From Pyrinomonadaceae bacterium (GTDB lineage Bacteria > Acidobacteriota > Blastocatellia > Pyrinomonadales > Pyrinomonadaceae): a stretch of DNA of 64,000 nt. Below, piece by piece: positions 29,730 through 42,897 of this stretch. The position numbers and the translations under genes are program-made. Within the stretch, counting starts at the first letter, position 1. Each line of letters starts with the position of its first letter. The stretch covers positions 160,001 to 224,000 of the forward strand of contig JBKBYA010000004.1 in assembly GCA_046313635.1 (NCBI GenBank), in the 5' to 3' direction. The notes under the pieces are model-generated. The model saw nothing but the letters and a program-made list of their open reading frames with translations. It did not search any database and had not been told where the DNA came from.

Positions 29730-32071
29730 AAGCGGGCCGTGAGCGCCAGCTTGACGGCCGTCGGGGCACCGGGCGAAATGTTCGTATTGCTGTGCGCGTT
29801 GAGATAGTAACGCGTGTTAAAGACGTTCTCGATGTTTGCCTGCAGCTTCCAGTTTTCGCTGATGGTGTAAAAGACAGCCGCGTCGGCACGGACGTATCCG
29901 GGCAGCACGACCGTATTGTCGACGCCCGCGAACATCTCCGAACGCGCTACGATCCCGAAACCTGCAGCCAGCTTTGGAATGATGTGGTACTTGTTCCACA
30001 TTGAAAAGCTGTGGTGCGGCACCTGTGCGGCTTTCTTGCCGGCGGCTGCCGCGGTCGTCGCCCGCAGGATAAAGGCGTCCTGATACGAGTAGCCGCCGGT
30101 GAACGACCAGTCGCGGGTCAACTGCCCGCCGAGGCCGAATTCAAATCCGTTCGTCCGCTGAGCTCCGGTCTGGATGATCCGGGTAGGGTCGTTCGGGTCG
30201 GTCGAGCGCGTATTCGTGCGGTCGAGTCGGTAGATCGCCGAGGTGAGCGCGAGGTTGCGGCGGATGTCCCACTTGACGCCGGCCTCAAGATTTTCGAACT
30301 TCTCAGGCTTGACCTGCTGAGTGATGGTCGTGAGCGACGAGAACTGATCGCCCGAGCTCGGAAGGTACGAGACGCTGTAGCTTCCGTAGAGCGAGACTTC
30401 CTGTACCGGCTTGACCACTGCACCGAACCGCGGAGAGACAAGCCGGTCGATCCGCCTGAGGTCCTCGCCGCTGCGGTTGTTGTGAAACTTCAGATCGAAG
30501 TAGTCAAGACGCACACCGCCAACGAGGTGCAGGTATCTGTTGATCTCGACCTGGTCCTGAATGTATGCGGCGCCGAGGCCGACAAGAACCCGGTTGTCGG
30601 CGTCCGTCGCGCTCTGACGGTAAGTGACGGGCACGCGCGTTACGGGATGGTCAAAAGCGACTTGCAGCGATGTCGCGGTGTTGTTGAAGTAGCCGGTATG
30701 GCGCACATTGTTTGTCCGCTGCCGTCCGAGTTCGACGCCGCCGAGCAGCGTATGGCGGATCCGGCCGGTGTTGACGATGTACGTCAGGTCGGTCTGGTTA
30801 AAGAGGTTTCGCCGCTTTGTGTGGTTATTGTACGCGGTGAGAGCGACCAGCGTGCGGGCGGCGTTGGCGGCGCCGGGAACATAATTCTGATAAAAGCTGT
30901 CGTAGTCGCCGAACATCGTTCGATTGCGGAGGTTCAGCTTGCCGAATTGACGCTCGAATGAACCGTGCAGCAAATCGACGTTGGAGCGGACGCGGCTGTC
31001 GTCGGGATTGCCGTAATACGTCGAGCGATCGACATCGGCGGGCCTGCCGGCAAAAGACGTGATGCCGCGATCGGCGACGCGGCGGTCGCGGAGATATTCG
31101 TACGTCAGCGTAAATCGGGTGTTGAAGTCCGGACTAAAGGTCAGGGTCGGCGTAAATCCGAAACGGTCGCGCTTCACAAAATCCCGAAAGCTGCCTGCCC
31201 GCTCGGCCAGACCGTTGAACCGTACCGCGAGCTTGCGTGTCAGGTCCTTGTTGAGATCGAATGTTCCGCGAACATGGCCGAACGAGCCGCCCTGAATGTT
31301 GAATGCGTAGAAAGGGGCCAGCACGGCCTCTTTGCTGACGCGATTGATGATGCCGCCGCCGCCGCCGCGGCCGAAGATCAGAGCATTCGGCCCGCGTACG
31401 ATCTCCATGCTCTCGAGGTTGTATAGGTCGCGATAATACTGGACATCGTCGCGAACGCCGTTTAGAAAGAAGTCGGCGCTCGAATTCTGTCCTCGGATGT
31501 TAACCTGGTCGCGATTGTTTTCGCCCTGGAGCGCCGTGATGCCCGCGACGTAACGCACCGTGTCGCCGACATTCGTCAGGAGCTGGTCGGCGATCTGTCG
31601 CTCGGTCACGACCGAGACCGACTGCGGCACGTCGCGAAGAGGGGTCAGGGTCTTGGTCGCGGTCGTCGTCGAGTCGGCTTGATACTCGCCCGACGAGACG
31701 ACGTCGACAGTGACGGTGCTCGGCAGGATCTGCAGGGCGACGTTGACCGATGCGGACTCGAACGGCTTTAGCAGCACTCGCTTGGTAAATTCTGAAAAGC
31801 CTTCGGCGCGGACCGTGACATCGTACTCGCCTGCCTCGAGCGAAACCACGAATGTGCCGTTTGCATCGGTCGTAACGGTCTGCTCGGCCGACGGGCCAAC
31901 GCCCGCAAAGCGGATCACCGCTCCCGGAATGCCGGCGTCGTTCTGATCGGCGACGCGACCAGCGACAACAACCTTTGTTTCATTACGCGTGTCCCTGTGG
32001 CTGGCCGACAACGTCGCCGCGGAGGTGGAAAAAAGAATTGCCAGTAAAGAGAATTTTAAGAACTGTTTCAT
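29726..32071 (-). CDS. TonB-dependent siderophore receptor (Fiu-like)
   Basis: ATKTLTPLRDVPQSVSV, RDLYNLESMEIVRGP, GRGGGGGIINR, C-terminal Phe. Confidence 0.9.
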   Translation of the reverse strand: MKQFLKFSLLAILFSTSAATLSASHRDTRNETKVVVAGRVADQNDAGIPGAVIRFAGVGPSAEQTVTTDANGTFVVSLEAGEYDVTVRAEGFSEFTKRVLLKPFESASVNVALQILPSTVTVDVVSSGEYQADSTTTATKTLTPLRDVPQSVSVVTERQIADQLLTNVGDTVRYVAGITALQGENNRDQVNIRGQNSSADFFLNGVRDDVQYYRDLYNLESMEIVRGPNALIFGRGGGGGIINRVSKEAVLAPFYAFNIQGGSFGHVRGTFDLNKDLTRKLAVRFNGLAERAGSFRDFVKRDRFGFTPTLTFSPDFNTRFTLTYEYLRDRRVADRGITSFAGRPADVDRSTYYGNPDDSRVRSNVDLLHGSFERQFGKLNLRNRTMFGDYDSFYQNYVPGAANAARTLVALTAYNNHTKRRNLFNQTDLTYIVNTGRIRHTLLGGVELGRQRTNNVRHTGYFNNTATSLQVAFDHPVTRVPVTYRQSATDADNRVLVGLGAAYIQDQVEINRYLHLVGGVRLDYFDLKFHNNRSGEDLRRIDRLVSPRFGAVVKPVQEVSLYGSYSVSYLPSSGDQFSSLTTITQQVKPEKFENLEAGVKWDIRRNLALTSAIYRLDRTNTRSTDPNDPTRIIQTGAQRTNGFEFGLGGQLTRDWSFTGGYSYQDAFILRATTAAAAGKKAAQVPHHSFSMWNKYHIIPKLAAGFGIVARSEMFAGVDNTVVLPGYVRADAAVFYTISENWKLQANIENVFNTRYYLNAHSNTNISPGAPTAVKLALTARF

Positions 32072-32113
32072 ATCAATTTAATGCCCCGAGGGTGACCGGA
32101 TCAGGAAGTGAAA

Positions 32114-32132
32114 GTGAAATCCGTTTTCAATA
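32114..32132. promoter_or_regulatory. Candidate Fur box
   Basis: Imperfect palindrome GTGAAATCCGTTTTCAATA about 45 nt upstream of the siderophore receptor. Confidence 0.55.
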
Positions 32133-32223
32133 AGCGGATGATAAACCCTGGCCCGGAACGTTGTCAAATCTCTCAAAAGGAGCGGTGGCGATCCGACTTT
32201 TCGGCGGTTGATCTACAAAATTC

Positions 32224-33537
32224 ATGGCGTCGCTCACATACAAACAGCTGCTGCTGCAGAATCGCGATTTCAGGAACCTATTCGCGGGTCAGGTGATCTC
32301 GGAGCTGGGAAACTGGTTCAATTTTATTGCCAGTCTCGGCCTTGTTCGGCTCGTCAGCGAGGCGTCGCCGACGGCTGCGGGCATCTTGTTTGCGGCTCGT
32401 TTGCTGCCCTTCGCCATCGCGTCGCCGATCGCCGGCACCTTCGTAGATCGATTCTCGCGGCGTCAGGTGATGATCGTGACAGACCTGTGCCGGGTAGGCG
32501 TCGCCCTTGCGTTCTTGTTCGTATCAGGTAAGGACGACGTGTGGTTGGCATACGTCGCGACGGCACTGCTGTCGGTCTTTGGCGCGTTCTTTGACGGTGC
32601 CAAGAATGCGGCGACGCCGAATCTCACGGGAGGCGACGGTCTGCTCGCGGGCACGGCGCTGATGTTCTCGAGCCGGTTCCTGCTGATGGCGATCGGCTCG
32701 GCTCTGGGCGGATGGGCGTCGGCCGCGTTCGGCTACCAGACGGCGTTCGTCATCAACGCGGTCTCTTTCGCCGTGTCGGCGTACACGGTCTGGCTTATTC
32801 CAGAAGAGGCGACGCGCGACGAACGGACGGGCGAGAGGATGTCGGGCGGGGCGGGAGCGCGTGCGTCGTTCGTGACGGAGCTTCGCGAGGGCTTTCGGTA
32901 CACGGTGACGAATCATTTCGCGCTCACGATCCTGATAATGAACGTCATTTGGGCGACGGGCGGCGGGGCGATCAACGTTATCTTCGAGCGTTTGGGCGGC
33001 GTGCATTTCGCGGCGGCCGAGGGCTGGTTTCCAGACGTTGCGACGGCGATGCTGTGGACGGCGGCGGGTCTCGGGCTCGGGCTCGGGATGCTGGTCGCGC
33101 ATCGCACGGCCGCGTGGCTCGAGCGCCGCGCGGCACACGTCGCCTTCATCGGCTGGACGCTGATCGTCCACGGCATCATGTTCTCGGTCGGAGGCCTGAT
33201 GCCGAGTCTGATGCTTTTTGCCGTTTTTGTTTTTGTTTCGAGGGCGATCGTCGGTGTGGAGTACGCGGTGCAGGAGACGCTCTTTCAGCGGAGTCTGCCG
33301 GACTATATCCGGGGGAGGATCTCGACGCTTGACCGCGGGGCCGAGCTGACCGTGTTCGGATTGTCGAGCTACTTCTCCGCCGATCTGATGTACTACATGA
33401 CGCCGCAGGTGCTGACGATCGTTTCGGGGGTGTTGTCGGCCGCGTCGGGCGTGATCTGGTTCGTGCGGCAGGGCACGACCAACGCGAGCCTTACGATGAT
33501 CGACGCCGCCGCCCGAGGCGAAATGGTCAAGCGGTGA
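32224..33537 (+). CDS. MFS transporter
   Basis: About 12 hydrophobic segments, GTFVDRFSRR motif A. Confidence 0.92.
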   Translation: MASLTYKQLLLQNRDFRNLFAGQVISELGNWFNFIASLGLVRLVSEASPTAAGILFAARLLPFAIASPIAGTFVDRFSRRQVMIVTDLCRVGVALAFLFVSGKDDVWLAYVATALLSVFGAFFDGAKNAATPNLTGGDGLLAGTALMFSSRFLLMAIGSALGGWASAAFGYQTAFVINAVSFAVSAYTVWLIPEEATRDERTGERMSGGAGARASFVTELREGFRYTVTNHFALTILIMNVIWATGGGAINVIFERLGGVHFAAAEGWFPDVATAMLWTAAGLGLGLGMLVAHRTAAWLERRAAHVAFIGWTLIVHGIMFSVGGLMPSLMLFAVFVFVSRAIVGVEYAVQETLFQRSLPDYIRGRISTLDRGAELTVFGLSSYFSADLMYYMTPQVLTIVSGVLSAASGVIWFVRQGTTNASLTMIDAAARGEMVKR

Positions 33538-34459
33538 TAATGACGGCCCGTGTGCCCGTCAGCTCCGAGAAATCCTTAGTGTAGATCGTGTCGACCGAGC
33601 GCACGCGGCTGATCGTATCGATAATGTCCTGTGTCGAGATCGAGCCGTCCTCGACGTGAGCGACCGCCCATGACCGAATGTGCTTTGCGATGTTGAGGGT
33701 GTGCTCGAGCATCTGCAGGTATTGCGATTTTGATTCGGTCGGCATACCGAGCCGGCCGGCCTGAGAGGCCGCAAAGGCGGGCCAAAAGTCGTTTCCGCCG
33801 CGAAGCCACTCTTCCTGCCACGCCGCTCCCGCCCGCGCGGCCCCGAGCGGGTGCGAGTGCAGCGGCGGCAGTCTGAGAAACATCATCTCGGCGCGCGTCT
33901 CGGCTATGAAGTCGTCCGCACCGCGATTTTGGCAGCTGTTGTTCTGACCGTTGTTGAACGATTCCGGAAAGACGGTCCACAGCCGCCTGAAGACATTCGA
34001 CAGCGGCTGCCGGAGCTCCATCGTCTCCTCGGTAAAACTGCGGGCGTGATCGCCGGTCGCCATGGCAAGCGTCGCGGCAATGGCACGCGCGACGGGCGTC
34101 TGCAGCAGGTCGATATTTTGCCTGACGTTGTCAAACCACCACGCGTCCGTCTCATTGAACCAATTTCTCAGCGCAGGATCGTTCAGCCGGTAGCGCGGCA
34201 CGTATGCGTCGTTGAGGACGATATTGACGTCGTCGGCCGAGAGCTTTTCGCCGTTGCTGACGATCGACGCCACGCAGCGCGTCCAAGCCGACTGAAGCGG
34301 ATCGTTGGCCAGCACGCGCACGCCCCAGCGCTTGAGGTACGCGCCGAGCGCCGGCGTGTGCGAGAAGGGGATGGCGATGGATTGGAATCTCCGGCGCCGC
34401 AGCACATTAAGTTCAAAGGCGAGCCAGGCGCGCGGCGGGGTTTTGGTCAGCTCAAGCAT
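33527..34459 (-). CDS. D12-class DNA adenine methyltransferase-fold protein with degenerate motifs
   Basis: LKRWGVRVLAND, WFDNVRQNI, FNNGQNNSCQN..ADDFI scaffold. Motif I reads IPFSHTP; motif IV reads FLRLPP. Confidence 0.65.
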   Translation of the reverse strand: MLELTKTPPRAWLAFELNVLRRRRFQSIAIPFSHTPALGAYLKRWGVRVLANDPLQSAWTRCVASIVSNGEKLSADDVNIVLNDAYVPRYRLNDPALRNWFNETDAWWFDNVRQNIDLLQTPVARAIAATLAMATGDHARSFTEETMELRQPLSNVFRRLWTVFPESFNNGQNNSCQNRGADDFIAETRAEMMFLRLPPLHSHPLGAARAGAAWQEEWLRGGNDFWPAFAASQAGRLGMPTESKSQYLQMLEHTLNIAKHIRSWAVAHVEDGSISTQDIIDTISRVRSVDTIYTKDFSELTGTRAVIITA

Positions 34460-35072
34460 TTTCGACGCCGCCTCCTGCGGTGCTGCCCGCGTCGCGTTCC
34501 GACTCGAGCTCGATGAATGCCTTTACCACTTTTGGATCAAATTCGATGCCTGCCCATTCGATCAGGTATTTGCGGGCGTCGGCAGCGGGCATCGCCGCCC
34601 GAAAGGGCCTGGTCGCCGTGAGCGACGCAAAGGTGTCGGCCACACGCAGGATCCGCGCCGTCAGCGGGATCTCGCCCGCGACGAGACCGTCGGGATAGCC
34701 GAGCCCGTTCCACCATTCGTGGTGCCAGCGGATCAAAAGCTGCGTCCCGCGGGCGAGTCCCATCCGCGCGGCCTCTTGCTCGCCGATGACGGGATGGCGC
34801 TGCAGGTCGAGCCGCTCCTCCGCGCTGAGGACCTGGCTCGACGCGATATATTCGCGCTTCATCGCGACCTCGCCGACATCGTGAAGATACGCGGCGTGCA
34901 CCAGCGTCGAACGGTCGTGTCGGGCGAGATTGAATCGCAGTGCGAGAGCGTCGGCGATCCTTGCGACCACGGCCCCGTGCGGGCCCGCGTAGCCCTCGAA
35001 ATTGTCCATTTCGGCGGACCTGTTAAGGATCGCATCGCTGATCTCGATGTCGGTTGCGGCTGACGAAAGCAT
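34452..35072 (-). CDS. Stand-alone HD-GYP domain protein
   Basis: LHDVG, HPVIG, HHEWWNGLGYPDGL, ARILRVAD, RPFR, FDPKVV. Confidence 0.9.
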   Translation of the reverse strand: MLSSAATDIEISDAILNRSAEMDNFEGYAGPHGAVVARIADALALRFNLARHDRSTLVHAAYLHDVGEVAMKREYIASSQVLSAEERLDLQRHPVIGEQEAARMGLARGTQLLIRWHHEWWNGLGYPDGLVAGEIPLTARILRVADTFASLTATRPFRAAMPAADARKYLIEWAGIEFDPKVVKAFIELESERDAGSTAGGGVENA

Positions 35073-35106
35073 AGGCGCGAGTGCGGATAGACAAGTGTCA
35101 GTGTAG

Positions 35107-36657
35107 CTAGTTGCGTTGCAGGCTGTCGAGCAGTGCCCGGGCCTCGCGATTCTGCGGGTCGCGTGCGAGGAGACGGTTGAGCTCGCCCTCGGCTCGCTTG
35201 AGGAGCTTGACCTTGACAAAAAACTCCGCGAGCATCAGCCGGATCGCCGGATTGTCAGGGTCGAGCCGCGCGGCCGCCTGCAGCTCGTGCTCGGCCTTGT
35301 GCCTTTGCGACTCGTCGTACGAGAGCGCCTTGCCGTAAAAGGCCCTGTAGCGCGCGTTGCGCGGCGCGTAATATGCCGCCCGGGCCAGAAACGGAAGCGC
35401 ACTCTCAAAGTCACCGCGAAGCTGCAGCGCAAATCCGCGTTCAAAGTCCTCGGAGGCCCGTGCCTCCTCGGCCGGGCGAGCCGCGTCATCGCGTGCGCCG
35501 GCCGAACGCAGCAGATCCTTATCCTTTTCCTGCTGAGCGAGCCGTTTGTCGTACGCGGCCCTGGCCTGCTCGTCGCGGAGCGTCTCGTAGGCCTGGGCGA
35601 TCTCGGTAAAGGCGTTCTCGACCCGCCGGCGCAGTTCGGGCTCGACGCGATGAAAACGGTCAGGGTGAAATTGCTTTGCCAATGCGAAGTAAGCCGAGCG
35701 GATCTCGGTCGTCCTGGCCGACCGCTTGACGCCGAGCACGTCGTAGAGCGACTCGGCCGCCTCGGCGCGCGAGAGGTACTCGTCGAGTGTGATCGCGGCG
35801 GCGGGCTCCGGTGCGGCGGCTTCGGTGACGGGAGACTCGACGTCCGGCTCGGGCGGTCTTGCGGCCGGCTTTGGCCGCGCCGGGCCCTTGACCTTTGCGA
35901 GACCGGCCGAGCGGATCGCGGCGATCTTGATATCAGTGAAAGCGGCGGGCCAACCGCAGCGCCGTACAAAGCCGCCGAGCCAGAGCGCGTACAAGGCCTG
36001 CAGTACGCCGATCCGGGGAATGTCGCAGTGCCGGATGATGTCGTCGAGTCTGACGACGCCGGCCGCGATCCTGGTCATCACCGCCGCCTCGTGCGGCTGC
36101 AGCTCGCCGAAATATGCCGGCCTCTCGCGTGCCGTGAGCCGCTCGTCGGGGTCTCTGAAGCGGCCGTTGATGACGTCGACATTCATTCTGCGGGCAAAGG
36201 CGACGAGCAGCCCGGCCGCGTCGAGGTCGAGATCGATGTCCGACCGAAGGCGCGCCAGCGGGCTGAACGACCATTCGCCGTCGGGCCACGCGAGTGCCGA
36301 CTCGATGATGCGTGCGCACTGCGAACGCAGGGCCTCGTCGCCCTGCTCGCGGCTGAGATGGCCGGCCTCGACGAGGCGGTCAACGAGCTCGACATCGCTT
36401 GCCGCACGGCGCTGGGTCGCGACCGAGGCACGGCCGCTGGCCGTAAGGTTTACGAGTGCGTCCGCGAGACGAAACCGGCGCTCATTCGACACGGCGAGGG
36501 CGACAGCGCCCTCCGTAAAATAGACGATGGCCTTGCGGTCGCCGCTCGACAGCCGGAGTGATCCGCTCAGGGCTGCATCGGCGATCTCGACGATCAGCTC
36601 GGCAATCGGGTGAGATACCAGGTCGCCGTTAACTTCAAGGGCGCTTGTTTGAGACAT
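35107..36657 (-). CDS. DUF4388 + DnaJ domain + TPR protein
   Basis: N-terminal PatA-N/DUF4388-like domain, YDVLGV...FHPDRF J-domain, C-terminal TPRs. Confidence 0.85.
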   Translation of the reverse strand: MSQTSALEVNGDLVSHPIAELIVEIADAALSGSLRLSSGDRKAIVYFTEGAVALAVSNERRFRLADALVNLTASGRASVATQRRAASDVELVDRLVEAGHLSREQGDEALRSQCARIIESALAWPDGEWSFSPLARLRSDIDLDLDAAGLLVAFARRMNVDVINGRFRDPDERLTARERPAYFGELQPHEAAVMTRIAAGVVRLDDIIRHCDIPRIGVLQALYALWLGGFVRRCGWPAAFTDIKIAAIRSAGLAKVKGPARPKPAARPPEPDVESPVTEAAAPEPAAAITLDEYLSRAEAAESLYDVLGVKRSARTTEIRSAYFALAKQFHPDRFHRVEPELRRRVENAFTEIAQAYETLRDEQARAAYDKRLAQQEKDKDLLRSAGARDDAARPAEEARASEDFERGFALQLRGDFESALPFLARAAYYAPRNARYRAFYGKALSYDESQRHKAEHELQAAARLDPDNPAIRLMLAEFFVKVKLLKRAEGELNRLLARDPQNREARALLDSLQRN

Positions 36658-36954
36658 TCACAAGAGACGGGTCGGGAGATCAAAGGACATGCGGCCAACG
36701 CGGCCGTGCACCTTATGATAGCAAAACAGCGACGGGCAAAGTAAGACCGTTTTACCGTCTCGGGCCATCGGCAAAGATCGTTCGGGGCCCGGGAAAAATG
36801 CGGCCGTTCTGTCGCGCGCGTCTCGCTGAAATATCGATCGAATGTCGGCCCCGCGAGCGTCGATCTCACAGCGGAGATCGCTCGTTTGACAGCGAAACTG
36901 CAAATTGAGAAGGTTGCAAATGACTGGTCGACAAAGACCGCTGACCTACTGCCG

Positions 36955-37698
36955 ATGAATCAAAACATCGATATTCGCGAATGCACGACGCACGACGAAC
37001 TGGCCGCTTGCGTCGAGCTTCAGCGTGAGGTTTTTGCATTGCCCGAGATCGAGATCTCGCCGGTCCGGCATCTGATCGTGACAAAGAATGCGGGCGGCTT
37101 CATTCTCGGCGCATTTGACGGCGAGGCGCTCGTCGGCTTTGTCCTCAGCGTGCCCGCTTTTTTGCGAGGGCAGAGGGCCTTTTATTCGCATATGACGGCG
37201 GTCAAGGCGACGCATCAGGGCTCGGGCGTCGGCGCCGCTCTCAAATGGGCGCAGCGAGAGCGTTCGCTCGCCGAGGGCGTGAAGTACGTCAAGTGGACGT
37301 TTGAGCCGTGGAAGGCGCGCAACGCCTTTTTCAACCTCGAAAAGCTCGGGGCCGTCGTCCGCGAGATCCACGAAAATTTTTACGGCGTCGATTATGCGAC
37401 GGCAGCCGACAAAAAGATCGGTCTCGCGAGCGACAGGCTCTTTGCCGAGTGGGAGCTCGAGAGCGAAAAGGTCGCCGCGCTCGCGGCCGGCCGGCCGGCC
37501 GGCGAGCAGCGCGAACCCGCGCGCCGGATCGCCGTCCCGAGCGACTGGAGTTCGCTCGTCACCCAAGACGCCGGGGCTGCAAAGCGAGAGCAGCTCCGCA
37601 TACGTTCAGAGTTTGCCGACGCCTTTGCCGGCGGCCTCGTCGCGAGAGGCTTCGTTCGTGCGGGCTCAGAACCGCATTACCTTCTGTTCACTGACTAG
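36955..37698 (+). CDS. GNAT family acyltransferase
   Basis: YSHMTAV..THQGSGVG..LKWAQR, WTFEP...NAFFN..KLG, SDRL. Confidence 0.85.
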   Translation: MNQNIDIRECTTHDELAACVELQREVFALPEIEISPVRHLIVTKNAGGFILGAFDGEALVGFVLSVPAFLRGQRAFYSHMTAVKATHQGSGVGAALKWAQRERSLAEGVKYVKWTFEPWKARNAFFNLEKLGAVVREIHENFYGVDYATAADKKIGLASDRLFAEWELESEKVAALAAGRPAGEQREPARRIAVPSDWSSLVTQDAGAAKREQLRIRSEFADAFAGGLVARGFVRAGSEPHYLLFTD

Positions 37699-37700
37699 CG

Positions 37701-40758
<3,058 letters not shown>

Positions 40759-40770
40759 AACTAGCCGCTC

Positions 40771-41337
40771 ATGGAAATTAATGAAATATTCGACACGCTG
40801 CAGGACGTCGCCGTTCGACTAAACGATCTCGGTGTCGAATACATGGTCACGGGTTCGGTGGCAATGAGTTCGTATGTGCCGGCACGCGCGACGATGGATA
40901 TCGACGTAATAATCGAGATCGACACCGCAGACATAAAGAGATTTGAAGAGCGTTTCGCGGGGGATTATTACGTCGACCTCAAGTCGATTGAACGGGCCCG
41001 CTATCGTTGCTCGATGTTCAATGTCATAAACTGGACGACGGGGATCAAGGTGGATTTCATACCAAGGAAGCGGACCAGATTTGAAGCTGCGAAATTCGAG
41101 AGGCGGAGAAGAACAAGTGTCGGTTCGATCGAGTTCTGGGTAATCTCAAAGGAAGACCTTATACTGTCTAAGCTGTCATGGGCCAAGGACTCACATTCGG
41201 AGCGTCAATTCGAGGACGTTTCTCGCTTGATCGAGTCCGGGGCCGATGAAAGAATGATCGAAAGGGAAATTGCTGCCGAAGATCTGATCGAAGTTTGGAC
41301 GGTTTACCAGGAATGGAAGACACGGAGCGGGAAGTGA
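40771..41337 (+). CDS. Nucleotidyltransferase-fold protein
   Basis: YMVTGSVAMS..., RATMDIDV, KVDFI, SKEDLILSKL, RQFEDV. Confidence 0.8.
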   Translation: MEINEIFDTLQDVAVRLNDLGVEYMVTGSVAMSSYVPARATMDIDVIIEIDTADIKRFEERFAGDYYVDLKSIERARYRCSMFNVINWTTGIKVDFIPRKRTRFEAAKFERRRRTSVGSIEFWVISKEDLILSKLSWAKDSHSERQFEDVSRLIESGADERMIEREIAAEDLIEVWTVYQEWKTRSGK

Positions 41338-41522
41338 GGGCTCATCAGCAGGCTTATTGGCTGACGCTTTCTGACGAAGAGCGGTTCCGCCGGTGTGGGC
41401 GAATGTTTCAAATGGTGAAGCGGTTTGCCGAGGCCCGTGCTCCCAACGGACTAACTAAAGAGGAACTGAAACGATTCGTCTTCAGAGAACTCCATGGGTT
41501 TGAAATGCCGGAACGGCATTGA
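41313..41522 (+). CDS. Small helical protein overlapping the nucleotidyltransferase gene (putative TA partner)
   Basis: 69-aa ORF MEDTEREV...LSDEERF...FRELHG, 25-nt overlap. Confidence 0.65.
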   Translation: MEDTEREVRAHQQAYWLTLSDEERFRRCGRMFQMVKRFAEARAPNGLTKEELKRFVFRELHGFEMPERH

Positions 41523-41534
41523 GTCACTATTTAG

Positions 41535-42827
41535 ATGAATAATTTATTCACAGCGAACCTTCAGGAGGCTGATCCGATCATCAGCAGTGCAATTGATGAC
41601 GAGGTCCGGCGGCAGACAAACGGGCTTGAGCTGATCGCGTCGGAGAATTTTGTTTCCGAAGCGGTGCTGCAGGCGATGGGCAGCGTGTTTACGAATAAAT
41701 ACGCCGAGGGTTACCCGGGCAAGCGTTACTACGGCGGGTGCGAATTCGCGGATGTCGTCGAGCAGGCGGCGATCGACCGGGCGATGGAGATCTTCGGGGC
41801 CGAGCACGCCAACGTGCAGCCGCATTCGGGAGCGCAGGCTAACATGGCGGTGCTGTTGACCGCGCTCGAGCACGGCGATCAGATCCTCGGGATGAATCTC
41901 TCGCACGGCGGCCACCTGACGCACGGGCATCCTTTGAATTTTTCGGGGATCAATTACAAGGTCGCCGACTACGGCGTCGATCGCGAGACCGAGCAGATCG
42001 ATTACGACGAGCTGCAGCGAAAGGCCGAGGAATCGCGACCGAAGCTGCTGATCTGCGGGGCCTCGGCTTATCCGCGGACGATCGATTTTGAGCGGATCGG
42101 CGAGATCGCCCGTTCTGTGGGCGCAAAGGTGATGGCCGACATCGCGCACATCGCCGGACTCGTCGCGGCGGGGCTGCATCCTTCGCCGGTGCCGCATTGC
42201 GAATTTGTCACGACGACGACGCACAAGACGCTTCGCGGACCGCGCGGCGGGCTGGTACTTTGCCGCGAGGAGTTTGCAAAAGACCTCGACCGCAGCGTCT
42301 TTCCGGGCGTGCAGGGCGGGCCGCTCGTTCACATCATCGCGGCAAAGGCCGTTTCGTTCGGCGAGGCGCTGAGAGAGGATTTCAAGACCTACCAGCAGCA
42401 GATCGTCGCCAACGCGAAAGCCCTCGCCGAGACGCTTGCCGACGCGGGGCTGAGACTCGTCTCGGGCGGCACCGACAATCACCTGATCCTGGTCGACGTC
42501 TTTATGGACGGCAAGGGCATCACTGGCAAAGAGGCAGAGAAGGCGCTCGACGAGGTGCACATCACGGTCAACAAGAATACGATCCCGTTCGACACCAACA
42601 AGCCTTTTGTCGCCTCCGGCATTCGCATCGGCACGCCCGCGTTGACGACGCGCAGAATGAAGGAGGCCGAGATGCGAGAGATCGGCAGAATGATCGCCGA
42701 GGTCATCCACGACCCGGCATCGGACGAGGTGAAGTCACGGGTGCGGCAGGAGGTTTCGGAACTGACGGCGCGTTTCCCGATGTACCCGACACGCTTGAAA
42801 GAAAAGAGCAGCGAAGCGTCGCTGTAG
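41535..42827 (+). CDS. glyA: Serine hydroxymethyltransferase
   Basis: [35 protein letters not shown]. Confidence 0.98.
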   Translation: MNNLFTANLQEADPIISSAIDDEVRRQTNGLELIASENFVSEAVLQAMGSVFTNKYAEGYPGKRYYGGCEFADVVEQAAIDRAMEIFGAEHANVQPHSGAQANMAVLLTALEHGDQILGMNLSHGGHLTHGHPLNFSGINYKVADYGVDRETEQIDYDELQRKAEESRPKLLICGASAYPRTIDFERIGEIARSVGAKVMADIAHIAGLVAAGLHPSPVPHCEFVTTTTHKTLRGPRGGLVLCREEFAKDLDRSVFPGVQGGPLVHIIAAKAVSFGEALREDFKTYQQQIVANAKALAETLADAGLRLVSGGTDNHLILVDVFMDGKGITGKEAEKALDEVHITVNKNTIPFDTNKPFVASGIRIGTPALTTRRMKEAEMREIGRMIAEVIHDPASDEVKSRVRQEVSELTARFPMYPTRLKEKSSEASL

Positions 42828-42846
42828 CGAGATAAACGGTCACACG

Positions 42847-42877
42847 AAAGAGGCTGCCTTTCCGGCAGCCTCTTTTT
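42847..42877. terminator. Bidirectional intrinsic terminator
   Basis: AAAGAGGCTGCC-tttcc-GGCAGCCTCTTTTT. Confidence 0.85.
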
Positions 42878-42897
42878 GCTGTTGATCTGTTCGGTGT

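Noticed and set aside
33527..34459. Active restriction-modification methyltransferase
   Set aside because: No DPPY/NPPY or FxGxG motif and no neighbouring endonuclease.
36660..36950. Possible ncRNA in the divergent intergenic region
   Set aside because: Only weak GC-rich hairpins and no recognisable family motif.
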